Shown here one piece after another: positions 63,956-64,000 of a stretch of DNA of 64,000 nucleotides. Below the pieces are notes generated by a model. The model had not been told where the DNA came from. It worked only from the letters and a program-made list of their open reading frames with translations, and did not search any database. How positions within the stretch are numbered: position 1 is the stretch's first letter; each line of letters begins with the position of its first letter. The stretch is taken from positions 4,887,220-4,951,219 of the forward strand of contig MU054323.1 of the NCBI GenBank assembly GCA_013239625.1, written 5' to 3'. Source of the DNA: Lama guanicoe. Its lineage: Eukaryota. A program made the translations under genes and the position numbers.

Positions 63956-64000
63956 CTCTTTGAAATTTCTTGACATTGCTTATACTATTCTGTCTCTGTA
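63956..64000 (-). other. Candidate exon 3' end with a consensus donor at the window edge
   Basis: GAG|gtaagt donor; ATG at 63976 gives MSRNFKE in phase 0, with an in-frame TAA two codons upstream. Confidence 0.25.

Noticed and set aside
1..64000. CRISPR arrays, operons or other prokaryotic/phage systems
   Set aside because: The sequence is eutherian nuclear DNA rich in SINEs, LINEs and LTRs; no regularly spaced repeat-spacer array or gene-dense segment is visible

Overview
AT-rich mammalian nuclear DNA, intronic or intergenic, most likely from a camelid (camel, alpaca or llama). The taxon call rests on two tRNA-derived SINEs with the camelid Vic-1-type layout and on artiodactyl-type L1 3' ends. 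I recognise no cellular protein-coding gene; the only ORF-track peptides I can place are decayed L1 ORF2p pieces. Much of the window is interspersed repeat: L1, L2, MIR, MaLR/ERVL LTRs, and hAT and Tigger MITEs. Family names come from recalled consensus sequences, not a search, and boundaries of old elements are approximate. Best-supported oddities: (1) a tailless 5'-half tRNA-Gly(TCC) retrocopy with an 18-bp TSD at 6524-6561; (2) a ~1.9-kb L1 whose 5'UTR is fused directly to the end of ORF2; (3) an orphan L1 5'UTR with no tail inside an older L1; (4) a perfect 51-bp local duplication resembling a templated repair insertion; (5) a MaLR provirus remnant that keeps its PPT and internal sequence. 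Weaker hypotheses are a pair of phase-compatible minus-strand exons near the right end and several enhancer-like motif clusters. I cannot support a claim of a new multi-gene biological system from this sequence alone.
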